A program made the position numbers and the translations under genes. From positions 67,704,001 through 67,768,000 of the forward strand of contig NC_043003.1 of the NCBI RefSeq assembly GCF_006345805.1: a stretch of DNA of 64,000 nucleotides, given 5' to 3'. The notes beneath the pieces are model-generated. The model ran no database searches and was not told the DNA's origin. It saw only the letters and a program-made list of their open reading frames with translations. Source of the stretch: Octopus sinensis. Lineage: Eukaryota. Below, one piece after another: positions 62,669-64,000 of this stretch (positions are counted from its first letter, which is position 1; each line of letters begins with the position of its first letter).

Positions 62669-64000
62669 TAGGAATTCTATATATCCAAATAAAATAAAAA
62701 ATAAGCAAATAATATTTACCATGCATTTGCTAATGAGAGACACACAAAATATAAGGCGTCGTTTCGTTATATGCTTATGAAGTTTGACTGCAAATCTTGA
62801 TGAGGCCAGAATGTTAAAGCTCGATAGTTTAAAATACCCACCAAGTATTAAAGTCGAATAAATCTATTATAGCCGCCGCTAAAATATGTCCTCAGTACCA
62901 ATGCAATCAACGAGTATTTTAATAGATACCTGTGTGCGTGTCTGCATATGTATGTATTTATGTATTTGCATGTTTACGTATGTGTGTAAGTGTGTGTTTA
63001 GAGAGATAAGTTGTTATAGAGATAGATAGATAGATAGGTAGATAGAGAGAGAGATAGATAGATAGGTAGATAGAGAGAGAGATAGATAGATATATAGATA
63101 GACAGACTGACAGATGATATATATATATATATAAATAGACAGACAGACTGATAGATTAGATACATAGATATATATTAGGTGATAGATTTAATTCATCGCA
63201 AAGTTAAACTTCACCAGTATTGAATGCCTTTAGTAGGTGTAGGTTGTAGGCTATATTCCTCACTCTACCTTCCCTGTAAAGAATCATGTGCACTGTGTTC
63301 CCTCCCACCAACCATCAAATAAAATTAGTCGTTTTCTTTTTATATTTCTGTGTAGTATAAAGAAATCATTCACTATTACATATTTTAAAACACACCGTTG
63401 TTAGTGTCGACACAACAAATAAAAACTAATTCATATGTTTTTCATAATATTTTCGATAGAGATTTACATTTTGCTGGAAAATACGGTTTCAGGCACAACC
63501 TAAGAAAGGGATTATTATGTTAGTTATGATAGTGTTCAACATCGCAGATGTATTCCTCGTTTAGTTTTTATGTAAATGCACACTTCAATACATGTCCGTT
63601 TCATTTACAATAAATTTCATGCAGACCCGGTATGAATTACCATACACGTCTTATCGATGCGATGTTATATTGATATATGATGCATTTCCCCATATGCGCT
63701 GTTTGAAAGCAAAGAAACGCCATAGCTGCAAAACTTATGAACAAATGTGATAGACAGGAACACCACAGGCTAAGCAGCATCTTATACTGATTCTCACTCA
63801 TTTATGAATAATTTATCGTATATTGCAGACAGTTCTGGAAAGACATACTGCCCTGCGTTATCATACTGGAATATCAACAGTTAGGGCAACAATTCATAAT
63901 CTGGCATTAGGGCTACGGTATATTAATGAGTAAATGTTTTAGACTCGTTATCTTTACGAAAGCTTGAACGAGTTGTTCATCTACAGAAACGATATAATAC

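Noticed and set aside
1-64000. CRISPR arrays, rRNA genes, prokaryotic operons or viral capsid genes
   Set aside because: No regularly spaced repeat-spacer array, rRNA-like sequence or long non-TE ORF was seen; the window is eukaryotic repeat-rich DNA.

Overview
AT-rich eukaryotic DNA that is intronic or intergenic and dense in repeats. The SINE families and the TA/CA/GATA microsatellite load resemble an Octopus (coleoid cephalopod) genome; this is recognition from memory, not a database result. No complete host gene can be identified, only a few low-confidence candidate exons. The clearest element is a 5.4-kb Penelope-like retroelement (RT plus GIY-YIG endonuclease, Neptune-like) on the minus strand at 15621-20985, bounded by ~0.9-kb direct repeats that each carry a minimal type I hammerhead ribozyme. 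Four further hammerhead-like motifs from unrelated families occur at 30349, 52244, 53965 and 56473; the last sits behind a tRNA-like Pol III head. The window also holds CR1-like and RTE-like LINE fragments, DD37D (maT), Tc1 and mariner DNA transposon remnants, a non-autonomous Helitron, three tRNA-related SINE families, several long near-perfect fold-back inverted repeats embedded in (TA)n tracts, and one 100-N assembly gap. Most ORFs in the supplied track are microsatellite translations.
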